Positions 16,862 through 26,828 are shown, numbered from the stretch's first letter. The stretch is DNA of 55,644 nucleotides from an uncultured Acetobacteraceae bacterium (GCA_964249205.1 CAXUBA010000002.1:20824-76467); one strand, 5' to 3'. Made by a program: numbers and translations. Notes: generated by a model not told the origin, from the letters alone.

Positions 16862-18085
16862 ATGTTGCTTCGAAAACCCGGGCAGATCGCCGCCTTCCTC
16901 GCCATCCTCACGTCGGTCGGCCCGATCTCCACCGACATGTACCTGCCCGCCTTTCCCGCCATGCGGGCCGCGCTTGGCGGCGGAATGGGTTCGAGCCAGC
17001 TGACGCTCGCATCGTGGTTCTTCGGCCTCGCGATCGGTCAGGTGACGTTCGGACCGCTGTCGGACCATCTCGGCCGCCGGCGGCCGTTGCTGATCGGAAC
17101 GCTGCTCTACGCGATGGCCTCGGCCGGATGCGCGATCGCGAGCGACATGACCACGCTTTGCCTGTTCCGCATCATCGCCGCGTTCGGCGGCTCGGCGAGC
17201 CTCGTGATCCCGCGCGCGATCATCCGCGATCTTGTCCGGGACAACCTCGGCGCGGCCCGGCTCTTGTCGCGTCTCGTGCTTGTGATGGGCGTCGTGCCGG
17301 TGCTCGCGCCGACGCTCGGCAGCTTGATTTCGACGACCTGGGGATGGCGGGCGATCTTCTGGGCCGCAGCACTCTACGGGATCGGCTGCACGGTCGCGAT
17401 CTGGGCACGGCTTCCGGACACGCTGCCCCGCGGCTTCCGGATCCGGCAACGCGTGGCCGCCGTCGTCATCGGCTATCTGACGATCGGGCAGGAGCGGACG
17501 TTCCTCACCCACGCTCTCGAGGGTTCGTTCGCGACCTTCAGCCTGTTCGCCTTCCTCGGGGGTGCGCCTGTTGTCTTCGAGATGGGGAACGGGATGAGCC
17601 CGTTCCGGTTCGGCCTCCTGTTCGTCCTGAACGCGAGCGGCTACGTCCTCGGCGCACAGGGGAACGCACGGCTGATGCCGCGCTTCGGGCCGGACCGGCT
17701 GCTGACCGCGAGCTGCTGGGCGCTGTTCGCCGCGACGCTTCTCCTGTTCGCATCCGCGGTGACCGGCTTGCATGTTTGGGGCATCATCGTTCCGCTGGTG
17801 CTCGTCATGACCGCACTCGGCTTCGTGCTGCCCGGCGCGGCCGTCGGCTCCATCCTGCCGCACGCCGCGCGGGCCGGCAGCGCTTCCGCCCTTTACGGAA
17901 CGATGGTCTTCTTCATCGGCGCAGGCGGAACGATCGCGGTCGGTTTCGAGAGCGACGGATCCCCGCTCGCGATGGCGATCCTGATGGTGACGGGGAGCGG
18001 AGCGGCCGTCGCTGTCGATCGTCTGCGTCCGCGACCGGCCCGGCTGACCCGACCGATTGCGTCCGCGGCACGAGCCGTCCGTTAG
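16862..18085 (+). CDS. MFS efflux transporter, Bcr/CflA family
   Basis: Contains GPISTDMYLPAFPAM and GPLSDHLGRRRPLLIG. 12-TM architecture. Confidence 0.85.
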   Translation: MLLRKPGQIAAFLAILTSVGPISTDMYLPAFPAMRAALGGGMGSSQLTLASWFFGLAIGQVTFGPLSDHLGRRRPLLIGTLLYAMASAGCAIASDMTTLCLFRIIAAFGGSASLVIPRAIIRDLVRDNLGAARLLSRLVLVMGVVPVLAPTLGSLISTTWGWRAIFWAAALYGIGCTVAIWARLPDTLPRGFRIRQRVAAVVIGYLTIGQERTFLTHALEGSFATFSLFAFLGGAPVVFEMGNGMSPFRFGLLFVLNASGYVLGAQGNARLMPRFGPDRLLTASCWALFAATLLLFASAVTGLHVWGIIVPLVLVMTALGFVLPGAAVGSILPHAARAGSASALYGTMVFFIGAGGTIAVGFESDGSPLAMAILMVTGSGAAVAVDRLRPRPARLTRPIASAARAVR

Positions 18086-18482
18086 CGTCGGCGCGCCGGC
18101 TCCGCCGAACGCCGCGCGTGACGGGCGCGGGCCGGTCGCGGCGACCGGACGTCTCCGGTTGAGATCGCGCGATCGCTCGGGCCGGAACACGGACGAGCCG
18201 CCGAGATCGACGGTCTGTCGCGGAACCGGGCGACGGACGGCACCTGGGCTTTTCCCGCACCCCGCCGGCGGCTGACGGCAATCAACGGCAGCCATCCGCG
18301 GCTTCGTGGACGATCCGCATCGAGGGACCATGTCCTGTCGAACGATTGTTTTGGGGTGATACGGATGCGCGCGCGGCGTTTTGCATCCGGCGAACGGGGC
18401 GCACCGGTCATCCTGCTGCCGCGACTGGAGGAGACCTCCGGACCGCTGACGTCGCCGGCGCGCCGCTTCGAAAGGACCTTTC

Positions 18483-19664
18483 ATGATCTTTGATGTCGCG
18501 ATTGTCGGCGCCGGACCGGCGGGCCTCGCGCTCGCGATCGGCCTCAAGGGGGCCGGGCTCCGCATCGCCTTGGTCGAACGGCGTGACGAAGCGGCGATCC
18601 GGGAACCGAATGACGACGGGCGCGAGATCGCGCTGACGCACCACTCGGTTTCTCTTCTCCAGCGTCTCGGCAGCTGGGACCGGGTCCCGCCCGCGGTCGT
18701 CGCGCCGCTCCGGCAGGCGCGTGTCCAGAATGGTCCCTCCCCTTACGCGTTGCAGCTCGATCCGGCCTTCGCCTCGCATCCGGATGGCCGTCCGCTCGGT
18801 CGGTTCGTACCGAACAGCGAGATCAGGCGCGCGCTGCACGCCACGGCCTGGCACGACGACCCGCCGACGCTGCTCGCCGGCACCGCGGTCGAAAGCGTCT
18901 CGCAAGCGTCCGGCGGAACGACGGTGCTTGGCCTTGCGGATGGGCGATCGGTCGCGGCGAGGCTCGTGGTCGCCGCCGACAGTCGCCTGTCGCCGACGCG
19001 GGTCAAGGCCGGGATTGGCGCCCGTGTGTCACGCTACGGACAGACGATGATCGTCTGCCGCATGCGTCACGAGCGCCCGCACGAGGGCGTCAGCACCGCT
19101 TGGTTCGACTACGGACGGCAATTGTCGATCCTGCCTCTGCGCGGCGATCGATGCTCGGTCGTTCTGGCAATGCCCGAGGGCGAAGCGGCCGCGCTGCTCG
19201 CATGCGACGACGACGCCTTCTCCGTAAACGTGACCACGTTGTTCCGGTCGTGTCTCGGCGCCATGTCGACCGAAGGCGAGCGGCATTCGACGGCGGTCGT
19301 GACCGCCTATGCGGACCGTTTTGTCGGGACGCGTTTCGCCCTCGCGGGAGACGCGGCCGTCGGGATGCACCCGGTCACCGCGCAAGGGTTCAACCTCGGT
19401 CTCCTCGGCGCCGACACGCTGGCCGGTCTTGTCCGGGGCGCCGCGCGCGGCGGTCGCGACGTCGGCGGCGCCGTTCTGCTCGGCCGCTACGAGCGCGCGC
19501 ATCGGAGCGCGACCTGGCTCGCCTACCAGGCGACGACGGCGATCGTCCGGCTGTACGGCACGGATGCGCTTCCGGCCCGGATGATGCGCGATGCGGGCCT
19601 TCGGCTCGGCAATACCGTGCCGCTGCTGCGACGGACCCTGCTCACGAAGATGATGGAGGTTTGA
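18483..19664 (+). CDS. FAD-dependent hydroxylase of the UbiH/UbiF/Coq6 family
   Basis: Contains FDVAIVGAGPAGLALAIGL (GxGxxG), LAGDAAVGMHPVTAQGFNLG and SD AAAGGA. Confidence 0.8.
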   Translation: MIFDVAIVGAGPAGLALAIGLKGAGLRIALVERRDEAAIREPNDDGREIALTHHSVSLLQRLGSWDRVPPAVVAPLRQARVQNGPSPYALQLDPAFASHPDGRPLGRFVPNSEIRRALHATAWHDDPPTLLAGTAVESVSQASGGTTVLGLADGRSVAARLVVAADSRLSPTRVKAGIGARVSRYGQTMIVCRMRHERPHEGVSTAWFDYGRQLSILPLRGDRCSVVLAMPEGEAAALLACDDDAFSVNVTTLFRSCLGAMSTEGERHSTAVVTAYADRFVGTRFALAGDAAVGMHPVTAQGFNLGLLGADTLAGLVRGAARGGRDVGGAVLLGRYERAHRSATWLAYQATTAIVRLYGTDALPARMMRDAGLRLGNTVPLLRRTLLTKMMEV

Positions 19665-20061
19665 ACGCGGCCGCACCCGCGACATCGTCGCCGGCAAACG
19701 CTGGGATCCTGCCTCCGCAGAGATCATGCGGCTGTGTCAGAGTGCCACCCGAACTGCCATCGAGACTGCCACTGGGGCAACCTGACGCGAGGCATTGCAC
19801 CGCCACGAACGTGGCGGGCACGAGCCGAGCCGCACCGAACCGGCACGACCGTTGCTCGGCACCCTGCTGTTCAGCCGCACGCCAAGCCCTCCGCTGACGA
19901 TCATTGCGGGCGGAATGCTTTCCAGTCGTCGGCGTCGCCGTCTCGCGGTGTCCACCGGCGCTCTGGCGGTTCGCTTCTCTTCGGAAAGAAGACGCGTGAG
20001 CGTCGGCTCTACGATCAGGTGGTCGAGCAACGTTCGGCGGCCTGACGCGCCGGTGCCGCTC

Positions 20062-20493
20062 TCAGACGTCGAGCCGCTCCACCGTCGCCTGATCCTCGAT
20101 CCCGTCAAAATACTTCCCGAGAGCCTCGCGGAAGACCGTCGCGTCGGGATCCGCCCGCGCGAAGAGCGTCATCGACGAGCGGAACTTTAGGTCGTCCGGC
20201 CAGCCGAGGATCTGTCCGATCGGTCGATCGGGAACGGCGTTGACGTGCCGCGTGCAGTCGATCAGCCGTGCGCCGAGGCGGTCGTGCGCGAGGTAGGCCC
20301 GCGCCTCGGCAAGTGATTTGATCGCATAGTGTGTCGCGGTCGGACTCGATCCGAGACCCCGGATCTGCGGAAACACGAACCACATCCAATGCGTCCGCTT
20401 CCGCCCGGCCCGAAGTTCGTTCAGCACCGTTGCGATCACCGTTTCCTGCGCGTCCACGAAGCGGCGGAGATCGAAGGGATCCATGGTCGTCAT
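20062..20493 (-). CDS. DUF1810 family protein
   Basis: 143 aa. Contains RFVDAQ...THWMWFVFPQIRGLGSSPTATHYAI, the typical DUF1810 signature. Confidence 0.75.
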   Translation of the reverse strand: MTTMDPFDLRRFVDAQETVIATVLNELRAGRKRTHWMWFVFPQIRGLGSSPTATHYAIKSLAEARAYLAHDRLGARLIDCTRHVNAVPDRPIGQILGWPDDLKFRSSMTLFARADPDATVFREALGKYFDGIEDQATVERLDV

Positions 20494-20630
20494 CGATGAT
20501 CTACGACGTTCGGCCAGTGCGGTTCCGATCCTGGTCGGATGCGGTCGTCGGCACCGCCCGCGCCGGTCACCATGGGAGTGATGCCGGTGCCAGCGTCCGG
20601 CGCGGGATCGGGGCGCGGAGGGTGAGACGG

Positions 20631-20819
20631 GTGATCGCGATCTCCGGGATCGTCTGCGCGCTGGCAGGCCTGCTCTTCCTCGGCCGGGGCAGCGGGTACT
20701 TTCCTTACCCCCAATCGAGCTTCATGCTGTCGGATCCGGCTTGGGCGCGGCGTGGCGTCTCGTTGATCACGCTCGGCGTCGCGGCGCTGATCGTCTCGCG
20801 CTCGCTTCCCGGCCGTTAA
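20631..20819 (+). CDS. Small two-TM membrane protein (start uncertain)
   Basis: The GTG at 20631 is preceded by GGAGGG. Reads VIAISGIVCALAGLLFLG...VSLITLGVAALIV. Third-position GC is high only in this distal part of track ORF 20331-20819. Confidence 0.4.
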   Translation: MIAISGIVCALAGLLFLGRGSGYFPYPQSSFMLSDPAWARRGVSLITLGVAALIVSRSLPGR

Positions 20820-20851
20820 CCGTCACCGCCGCGAGCGCCCACGCACCGACG

Positions 20852-21304
20852 TCAGATCGACAGGCCGGCTTCCGTCGTCAGCACGCATCCGTCGATCCTC
20901 CAGCCACCCGCTTCGCGCTCCATGGTGTAGAGCGCCATGTCGCGTCCCCCGCCGGGTGCCACGACACCCACCGGCTGAATCGTCGCGCCCCGGACGCGCA
21001 CGACCGGTCCGAAGTTCACGTGGCCTGCCCTGTAAACCGCGGGATAGGCGGAAGCGACCATCGCGAGGAAGTCCGCCGGCGAGCCGAACTCCGCCTCGAT
21101 GCGGGACGACGCCAAGCGGTAGGCCGCCTCGGCGTCGTCCCGGCGGAAGGCGTCGATCTGGGCCGTGATCACCCCGCTTATCGCTGTGGCGTCGGCCTTC
21201 GAGACGGCATCGCCCGCGGGTGCCGCCCCGCCGATCGCGAGGACCGCCGCGCAGAACGCCGCCGCCACACCGCCTTTCGGCAAGCAGAAGAGGAACGGCC
21301 GCAT
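20852..21304 (-). CDS. Exported DUF4864-like (NTF2-like) protein
   Basis: The ATG at 21304 is preceded by GGGAGA. Signal peptide MRPFLFCLPKGGVAAAFCAAVLAIGGAAPA. Contains ITAQIDAFRRDDAEAAY...GGWRIDGC. Confidence 0.6.
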   Translation of the reverse strand: MRPFLFCLPKGGVAAAFCAAVLAIGGAAPAGDAVSKADATAISGVITAQIDAFRRDDAEAAYRLASSRIEAEFGSPADFLAMVASAYPAVYRAGHVNFGPVVRVRGATIQPVGVVAPGGGRDMALYTMEREAGGWRIDGCVLTTEAGLSI

Positions 21305-21538
21305 CGTCGATGTCTCCCGTTTTTGCTCGACACACGCCCGAGGAGTGGCGCCCGGGCCGACGCGTTCCGCCGACACGGAAGACCTCGGGCCGACGATCCG
21401 TCCGGCAAGAGGGCCGTCGGCGATCGCGACCCGCCCCTGATGCACCCCGAACCTCCGTGCTAACCGTGCAGCAAGCCTGCGGCCCGATCCGGGCGCGACC
21501 CGGACGATCCGACAGAGATAGAGCGGGGGAGAAGCGCA

Positions 21539-22969
21539 TTGAGCGAAACGAGCCTGGATCGGATCGACACGGACATACCGGCGCGGCTCGACCGTCTTCC
21601 TTGGAGCCGGTTCCACGCGGGCGTCATCGCGGCTCTCGGAGTGACCTGGATCCTCGACGGGCTCGAAGTCACCATCGTGGGCTCGATCGGCCCGGCCCTG
21701 CAGAACCCGCGGGCTCTCGCGCTCAGCCCGTCCGACATCGGCGCGGCGGCTTCGGCCTATGTCGGCGGCGCCGTGGTCGGCGCGCTGTTCTTCGGATGGC
21801 TGACCGACAAGATCGGACGCCGGGCGATCTTCGCCGTCACGCTCGGGGTCTACGTGCTGGGCGTGCTCGGCTCCGCGTGCTCGGTCGGCATGCTCACGTT
21901 CGCGGCCTCGCGCGTGCTGACCGGGCTCGGGATCGGCGGCGAGTACGCCGCGATCAACTCCGCCGTCGACGAGATGACGCCCGCCGCCATGCGCGGACGC
22001 GTCAACCTCGCGGTGAACGCGAGCTATTGGGCGGGCGCAGGTCTCGGTGCCGTCGCGTCGCTGTTCCTCACCGGTCATCGCGCGGTCCTTGGACCCTGGG
22101 GATGGCGCCTCGGCTTCGGGATCGGCGGACTTCTCGGTCTTCCGGTGATCTGGCTGCGTCGGTTCGTTCCGGAGAGCCCTCGCTGGCTCGTCACGCACGG
22201 CTATCGCGCCGAAGCCGAAGCGGCGACGCAATTGATCGAGCGCGAGGTCGAGGCGTGCGGGTTCGATCTGCCGCCTGCCAAGGGAACGCTGTCGATCCGG
22301 CCGAGACGCACCTTCGGCCTTGGCGTCGTGTTCCACGCGATGTTCGTGACCCATCGCCGGCGAAGCCTGCTGGTGTTCATCCTGATGCTCAGTCAGGCCT
22401 TCCTGTTCAACGCGATCTTCTTCACCTACGGCCTTGTCCTGACGAAATTCTACGCCGTGAGCCCGGACGAAATCGGAATGCACATCCTCCCGCTCGCGGC
22501 GTGCAACCTCCTCGGCCCGTTCCTGCTCGGGCCGCTGTTCGATACGCTCGGGCGCCGTCGCATGATCGGCGGCACCTTCGGCGCCGCCGCGATGCTCCTG
22601 GTATTGACCGCGATCCTGTTCGGGTTTGGCTTGCTGAATGCGCTGACGCAAACGCTGCTCTGGATGGCGATCTTCTTCGTCGCATCCTCGGCAGCCTGCG
22701 GTGCCTATCTCACGGCGAGCGAAATCTTCCCGCTGGAAACCCGCGCTCTCGCCATCGCGGTCTTCTATGCGATCGGGACGGCTGCTGGTGGCTTCGTCGC
22801 CCCATGGCTGCTCGGTGCGCTCATCGGCACCGGTGACCCTTGGTCGGTCGCAGTCGGCTACCTGGTGGCGGCCGTGCTGATGGGCTGCGGATCGATTGCC
22901 GAGTTCGCGATCGGGATCGATGCGGAGGGCAAGTCGCTCGAAAGCGTGGCGGAGGTCCTGTCCGCGTGA
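21539..22969 (+). CDS. MFS transporter (metabolite/sugar porter-like)
   Basis: TTG start preceded by GGGGGAGAA. Contains GWLTDKIGRRAIF and GLGIGGEYAAINSAVDEMTPAAMRG. 12 TM. Confidence 0.85.
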   Translation: MSETSLDRIDTDIPARLDRLPWSRFHAGVIAALGVTWILDGLEVTIVGSIGPALQNPRALALSPSDIGAAASAYVGGAVVGALFFGWLTDKIGRRAIFAVTLGVYVLGVLGSACSVGMLTFAASRVLTGLGIGGEYAAINSAVDEMTPAAMRGRVNLAVNASYWAGAGLGAVASLFLTGHRAVLGPWGWRLGFGIGGLLGLPVIWLRRFVPESPRWLVTHGYRAEAEAATQLIEREVEACGFDLPPAKGTLSIRPRRTFGLGVVFHAMFVTHRRRSLLVFILMLSQAFLFNAIFFTYGLVLTKFYAVSPDEIGMHILPLAACNLLGPFLLGPLFDTLGRRRMIGGTFGAAAMLLVLTAILFGFGLLNALTQTLLWMAIFFVASSAACGAYLTASEIFPLETRALAIAVFYAIGTAAGGFVAPWLLGALIGTGDPWSVAVGYLVAAVLMGCGSIAEFAIGIDAEGKSLESVAEVLSA

Positions 22970-23007
22970 GGCGGAAAGGACGCTTCACCAACCGAGGCGG
23001 CATCCGA

Positions 23008-23032
23008 CGGTGGCGCTTGAGATGCGCCACCG
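23008..23032. terminator. 9-bp GC hairpin without a T-tract, downstream of the MFS gene
   Basis: CGGTGGCGC-TTGAGAT-GCGCCACCG. It could terminate the MFS gene (+). Ancestrally it could have terminated the tRNA-Ser transcript (-), given the relic tRNA 3' end at 23079. Confidence 0.3.
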
Positions 23033-23078
23033 GCTGGCGGGAGCGAGCAACCGCCGCGATGTGTCTTCGGAGCGCAAC

Positions 23079-23091
23079 GGCGGAGGGGATG
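23079..23091. repeat. Direct repeat copy A: GGCGGAGGGGATG
   Basis: Exact 13-nt match to the 3' acceptor/T-arm end of tRNA-Ser at 28982-28994, in the same orientation. Confidence 0.6.
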
Positions 23092-23306
23092 TCCTTCACC
23101 GAGCAGCCAACGCCGTGGGGCGGCTGGAGACCGTCAACGGTGATCCATTCGAGCGGCGGATGAGCGATCGGCTCGGGGCGGGGCGGCAGGTGAAAGCGTA
23201 GGCGCTCAGAGTGAGCCTGGATCACGAAAGCCCGGCCACGCCAGATCGGGCTCGAAAGCCCGTCCACCGGTCAAGCGTTGCCATGACTTAGAAAGCTAGG
23301 TGGGTC

Positions 23307-23834
23307 ATGACCTTCGACATATCGAAAATCTTTATGGCCGTCGGCCCAGCCGCTTCGATTATTTTCGCCGCCTGGATCTTCATGGGTTACCTGCAGGCTC
23401 GCTCGGACGCCGCCGTCGGTCGATACCACGCGATGATCGGCACATATCGCGACGGTGACATGTCCGAGGAAAGACGGAGCAACGTTCGAGACCAGGTACT
23501 AGTCTATAAGCGTCGCTGCGAACTGATGAATATCGCGAACATGGTTGGCATCTTCGCGGCAATCCTTCTGATCTTCACTCTGATCGCCGGAGAGATTTCT
23601 ATCATCGTGCCGACATTCGGTTTCCTGCAGATCGTGAGCGCAGTGTCGGCACTTCTCGGGTTTACGCTGGTGATTGTAGCGGCAGTATTCGTGCTTGCAG
23701 AGAGCTCGATTATCCACCGGCAATTGGATACTGAGCTACTTGATGTTGCCGACCTTGCAAGGAGCACAGGTCAGCAATCGGGCGACGTCACCGGATCGCG
23801 CCGCAGTGGCAGTGGCAGCATCGGTCGATTGTAG
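23307..23834 (+). CDS. Membrane protein, DUF2721-like
   Basis: 175 aa with three hydrophobic helices separated by a charged segment (YRDGDMSEERRSNVRDQVLVYKRRCELMN). GC is markedly lower than in neighbouring genes. Confidence 0.55.
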   Translation: MTFDISKIFMAVGPAASIIFAAWIFMGYLQARSDAAVGRYHAMIGTYRDGDMSEERRSNVRDQVLVYKRRCELMNIANMVGIFAAILLIFTLIAGEISIIVPTFGFLQIVSAVSALLGFTLVIVAAVFVLAESSIIHRQLDTELLDVADLARSTGQQSGDVTGSRRSGSGSIGRL

Positions 23835-23957
23835 AGAAATCCCGCCGCGAACGCCGCTGCGCCAGCGTTCATGGGGAGTAGCGATCATGAAGACCCAGAC
23901 CGAGACCGCCCGTGTAAGCCCGCACGAGTAAGGATCGCCGGAGAGCCGCGAGTTCAG

Positions 23958-24482
23958 CTAATTTGGGGCGGGATAGAAGACGACCGGATCGCGGATCCCG
24001 TTCTCGTTGATCACGACAACCAGTCTACCGGCTCCACAAATCCGCGCAGCTCCCACCAGTGCGCGCGGTGGATCCCGATACCGCCGCCTCACGAAACAGG
24101 CAGGAGACGTGGAACCTGGTATGCCGGCGCTGGCCGTTGTACCCGGTTCGTTCCCAAGCCCGCGAGATACGGGCGCCATTGCGCGCAACGCTTCTGTCCG
24201 TGATCCGGCTCACGAAGCCACTCGCCGCCGTGTCGGAATCGGAAAATCCGGGATCTCGCCGCAGGATCACGCCAGCCCTCCCATAGCCCCGCCGTTGAGA
24301 GCGGCACGTCGTCGAAGCGGACGAAGGCCCACGGCTGCTTCGCGATCGCGATTGTCTTTCAGGAACGTTCTTCCCGAAAGGTCGAGCACCGGGGTCGGGG
24401 TGATCGCTCGTCCTTTGATCTCCGGGCGCCGAGCTCTGGGAAACGCACTCGGTGGATCGGCGATGCGATGGAGCCGGGACAT
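23958..24482 (-). pseudogene. Frameshifted SOS-response-associated peptidase (SRAP/YedK, DUF159) gene
   Basis: SRAP motifs appear in three different minus-strand frames. Frame A: MSRLH...GRAITPTPVLDLS (compare MCxxx...YNIAPTQPVPVV). Frame B: KQPWAFVRFDDVPLSTAGLWEGWRDPAA (compare KQPY...PFAFAGLWExWxDP). Frame C: DTAASGFVSRITDRSVA (compare TTxANxxVAxIHDRMPV). The tail VVINENGIRDPVVFYPAP is back in another frame. The catalytic Cys2 codon is TCC (Ser). Confidence 0.55.
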
Positions 24483-24631
24483 GGCGCGCTGTCGGAGACC
24501 GGCTCCCCCAATCGACGCGATTCCACGTCGCTTTACAGTAGTCCGCAGCATGATACGATGCGGCGTCGTGCGGGTGTCGGTTGAGGAGGTGGACGAATGT
24601 CGATGACGGTTTGGCGCCTGGATCACGCGCG

Positions 24632-26065
24632 GTGAAGAAGCGGATCATCCTCAACGCGTTCGACATGACCTGCGTGTCGCACCAGGCGGCAGGTACGTGG
24701 CGGCATCCCGAGAGCCGGGCGTGGGATTACAACACGCTCGAATACTGGACAGGGATGGCGCGCGAACTCGAGCGCGGGTTCTTCGACTGCCTGTTCATCG
24801 CGGACGTGGTCGGAGTCTACGACGTCTATCGCGGGTCGGCCGAAGCGGCGCTCGTCGACGCTGCCCAGGTGCCGGTCAACGATCCCTTTGGGGCGATCTC
24901 GGCCATGGCCGCCGTGACCACGGACGTGTGCTTCGGGATCACCGCTGCCGTCACCTTCGAGCAGCCTTATATCCTCGCGCGACGATTGTCGACGCTCGAC
25001 CATCTCACGCGCGGCCGAGTTGCCTGGAACGTCGTGTCATCGTACCTGAACAGCGCCGCGCTGAACATCGGCCTCGACCGGCAGATGGCCCACGACGAGC
25101 GCTACGACATGGCCGACGAGTACATGGAGGTCGTTTACAAGCTCTGGGAAGGATCGTGGGAGGACGGCGCAGTCCGGCGCGACAAGCGGGCGGGCGTCTT
25201 CACCGATGCGAGCCTCGTGCATCCGATCCGTCACGAAGGACGCTACTTCAAGGTTCCAGGCTTCCATCTCTGCGAACCCTCGCCGCAGCGAACCCCTGTC
25301 ATCTTCCAGGCCGGCGCCTCCGGCCGCGGTCGCCGCTTCGCCGCTCGCCACGCGGAAGGGATGTTCATCCTCGCGACCAGCGTCGCACAGGCACGCACCA
25401 TGACGGCCGACATTCGGTCGCAGGCGGAGCGGCAGGGGCGTCCAGGATCGTCGGTGAGGATCTTCACACTGCTGACGGTGATCACCGGAGAAACCGACGA
25501 GGCCGCCGAACGAAAGTATGAGGACTATCTGTCCTACGCGAGCGCTGAGGGGATGCTCGCCCTCTATGGCGGTTGGACGGGAATCGACTTCGGTAAGATC
25601 GATCCGGCAGAGCCTCTTCGCGCGCTTGAGAACGACAGCCTGCGGACCACTCTCGAGTCCTTGGTCGGCGGCGAGCATGGCCGCGCCTGGTCGGTTCGTG
25701 ACGTCGTGCGCGAGCGCAGCATCGGTGGCCTCGGTCCCGTGCTCGTCGGGGGTCCGCGCAAGGTCGCCGACGCGCTCGAACAATGGGTCGATGAAGGCGG
25801 GATCGACGGGTTCAACCTCGCTTACGCCGTGACACCTGCCACGGTCACCGACTTCATCGATCACGTCCTTCCCGAATTGCAAAGGCGCGGTCGCGCCCAG
25901 ACGTCCTACGCACCTGGAACGTTCCGGCAGAAGCTGACCGGGGCGCCTGACGGACGCGCCGACGCGAGCCATCCCGCCGCGTCGTTCCGCGGCGCCTATG
26001 CGGGCCGCGAGAGCGTCGCCGATGCTACCAGGCCGTCGAACTTCTCCGCGTCGGCGGTGCCCTGA
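24632..26065 (+). CDS. FMN-dependent LLM-class monooxygenase (NtaA/SnaA/DmoA-like)
   Basis: Contains ILNAFDMTCVSHQAAGTWRHP, HLTRGRVAWNVVSSY and FQAGASGRGRRFAARHAEGMF. I prefer the GTG at 24632; the track start is 24581. Confidence 0.85.
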   Translation: MKKRIILNAFDMTCVSHQAAGTWRHPESRAWDYNTLEYWTGMARELERGFFDCLFIADVVGVYDVYRGSAEAALVDAAQVPVNDPFGAISAMAAVTTDVCFGITAAVTFEQPYILARRLSTLDHLTRGRVAWNVVSSYLNSAALNIGLDRQMAHDERYDMADEYMEVVYKLWEGSWEDGAVRRDKRAGVFTDASLVHPIRHEGRYFKVPGFHLCEPSPQRTPVIFQAGASGRGRRFAARHAEGMFILATSVAQARTMTADIRSQAERQGRPGSSVRIFTLLTVITGETDEAAERKYEDYLSYASAEGMLALYGGWTGIDFGKIDPAEPLRALENDSLRTTLESLVGGEHGRAWSVRDVVRERSIGGLGPVLVGGPRKVADALEQWVDEGGIDGFNLAYAVTPATVTDFIDHVLPELQRRGRAQTSYAPGTFRQKLTGAPDGRADASHPAASFRGAYAGRESVADATRPSNFSASAVP

Positions 26066-26828
26066 CGGTCCGCGACGACGTCACGATCAACCCGCGTCCG
26101 CGAAGTGTGGTGGACCAGCCTCAGCAGCGCTTCGCGTCCCGGTGAGAGATGGGTCCGGACACGAGCGCCGCTTGAACCGCCGCGTTCGGGGAGGATCTCG
26201 CGGACGCGCTCCGAAGGGAACGTCGAAGCGAAGCGGTCGCACGTGACGGGAAGTGACCATAGATCGTACCAAGGCGCTGGGTTCCCGGCGTAAGGATCGC
26301 GCCGGCAACATCACCAGCAGCGATGAGCGGCACCTCGTCGTCTTCTGTCTCCGCTGACCCGCGCCGCTCGGGATCGTGTCGGTTTTCGGCGCAACGAGGC
26401 TGAAGAGAGCTACCGCACGATCCTTCGGGCCGGCTGGCAGGGCCACGCTCTGCCGATCCGAACGCACAAACAAGGCGAGGCCTTCGAACATAGGAGCATC
26501 CCGATGGCCGCTTGAGTTACGGCCTTGGGACTACTGTTAAGTCAGGAGAGCGCCACTCGTGGGTGGACGCAAAGGCATGAAAGAGACGACCAAAGCCGAA
26601 GCCCTCGAGGAGCATCAAGCAGCTCGCCGCGTATTACGTCGGCGCGCACCGTGAGCGCAGCGTTGTGGAAGGTGGCCTGCTGGCAACCCGTCGTCCTCGT
26701 GGTCATCCTTCGCCTCTGGGACGGGTCCGTCGACGACCTGGTCCGCGGGGATTGAGGCGGAGCCTCCCGCAGGGCGGCGACGATGCCAGTCCGCGACAGG
26801 CCGAGCCCGACAACGCTAGAATGCACCC

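Noticed and set aside
19734-20045. 103-aa plus-strand ORF with a Cys/His-rich N-terminus (CHPNCHRDCHWG).
   Set aside because: Third-position GC is only moderate, there is no SD, and the rest of the sequence is Arg/Ser/Pro-rich. It is probably a chance ORF in the long convergent spacer.
22821-23267. 148-aa minus-strand ORF spanning the MFS 3' end and the putative island junction.
   Set aside because: It overlaps the well-supported MFS gene, has Arg/Pro-rich composition and crosses the direct repeat. I recognised no motif.
24025-24666. 213-aa minus-strand ORF.
   Set aside because: It is one of the three frames of the frameshifted SRAP pseudogene, extended into the promoter region of the monooxygenase gene. 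It is not an independent gene.
26087-26491. 134-aa minus-strand ORF and the overlapping 70-aa ORF 26121-26333.
   Set aside because: Neither frame looks like an intact protein. Protein-like stretches alternate between frames. I treat the region as an unassigned decayed remnant rather than a CDS.
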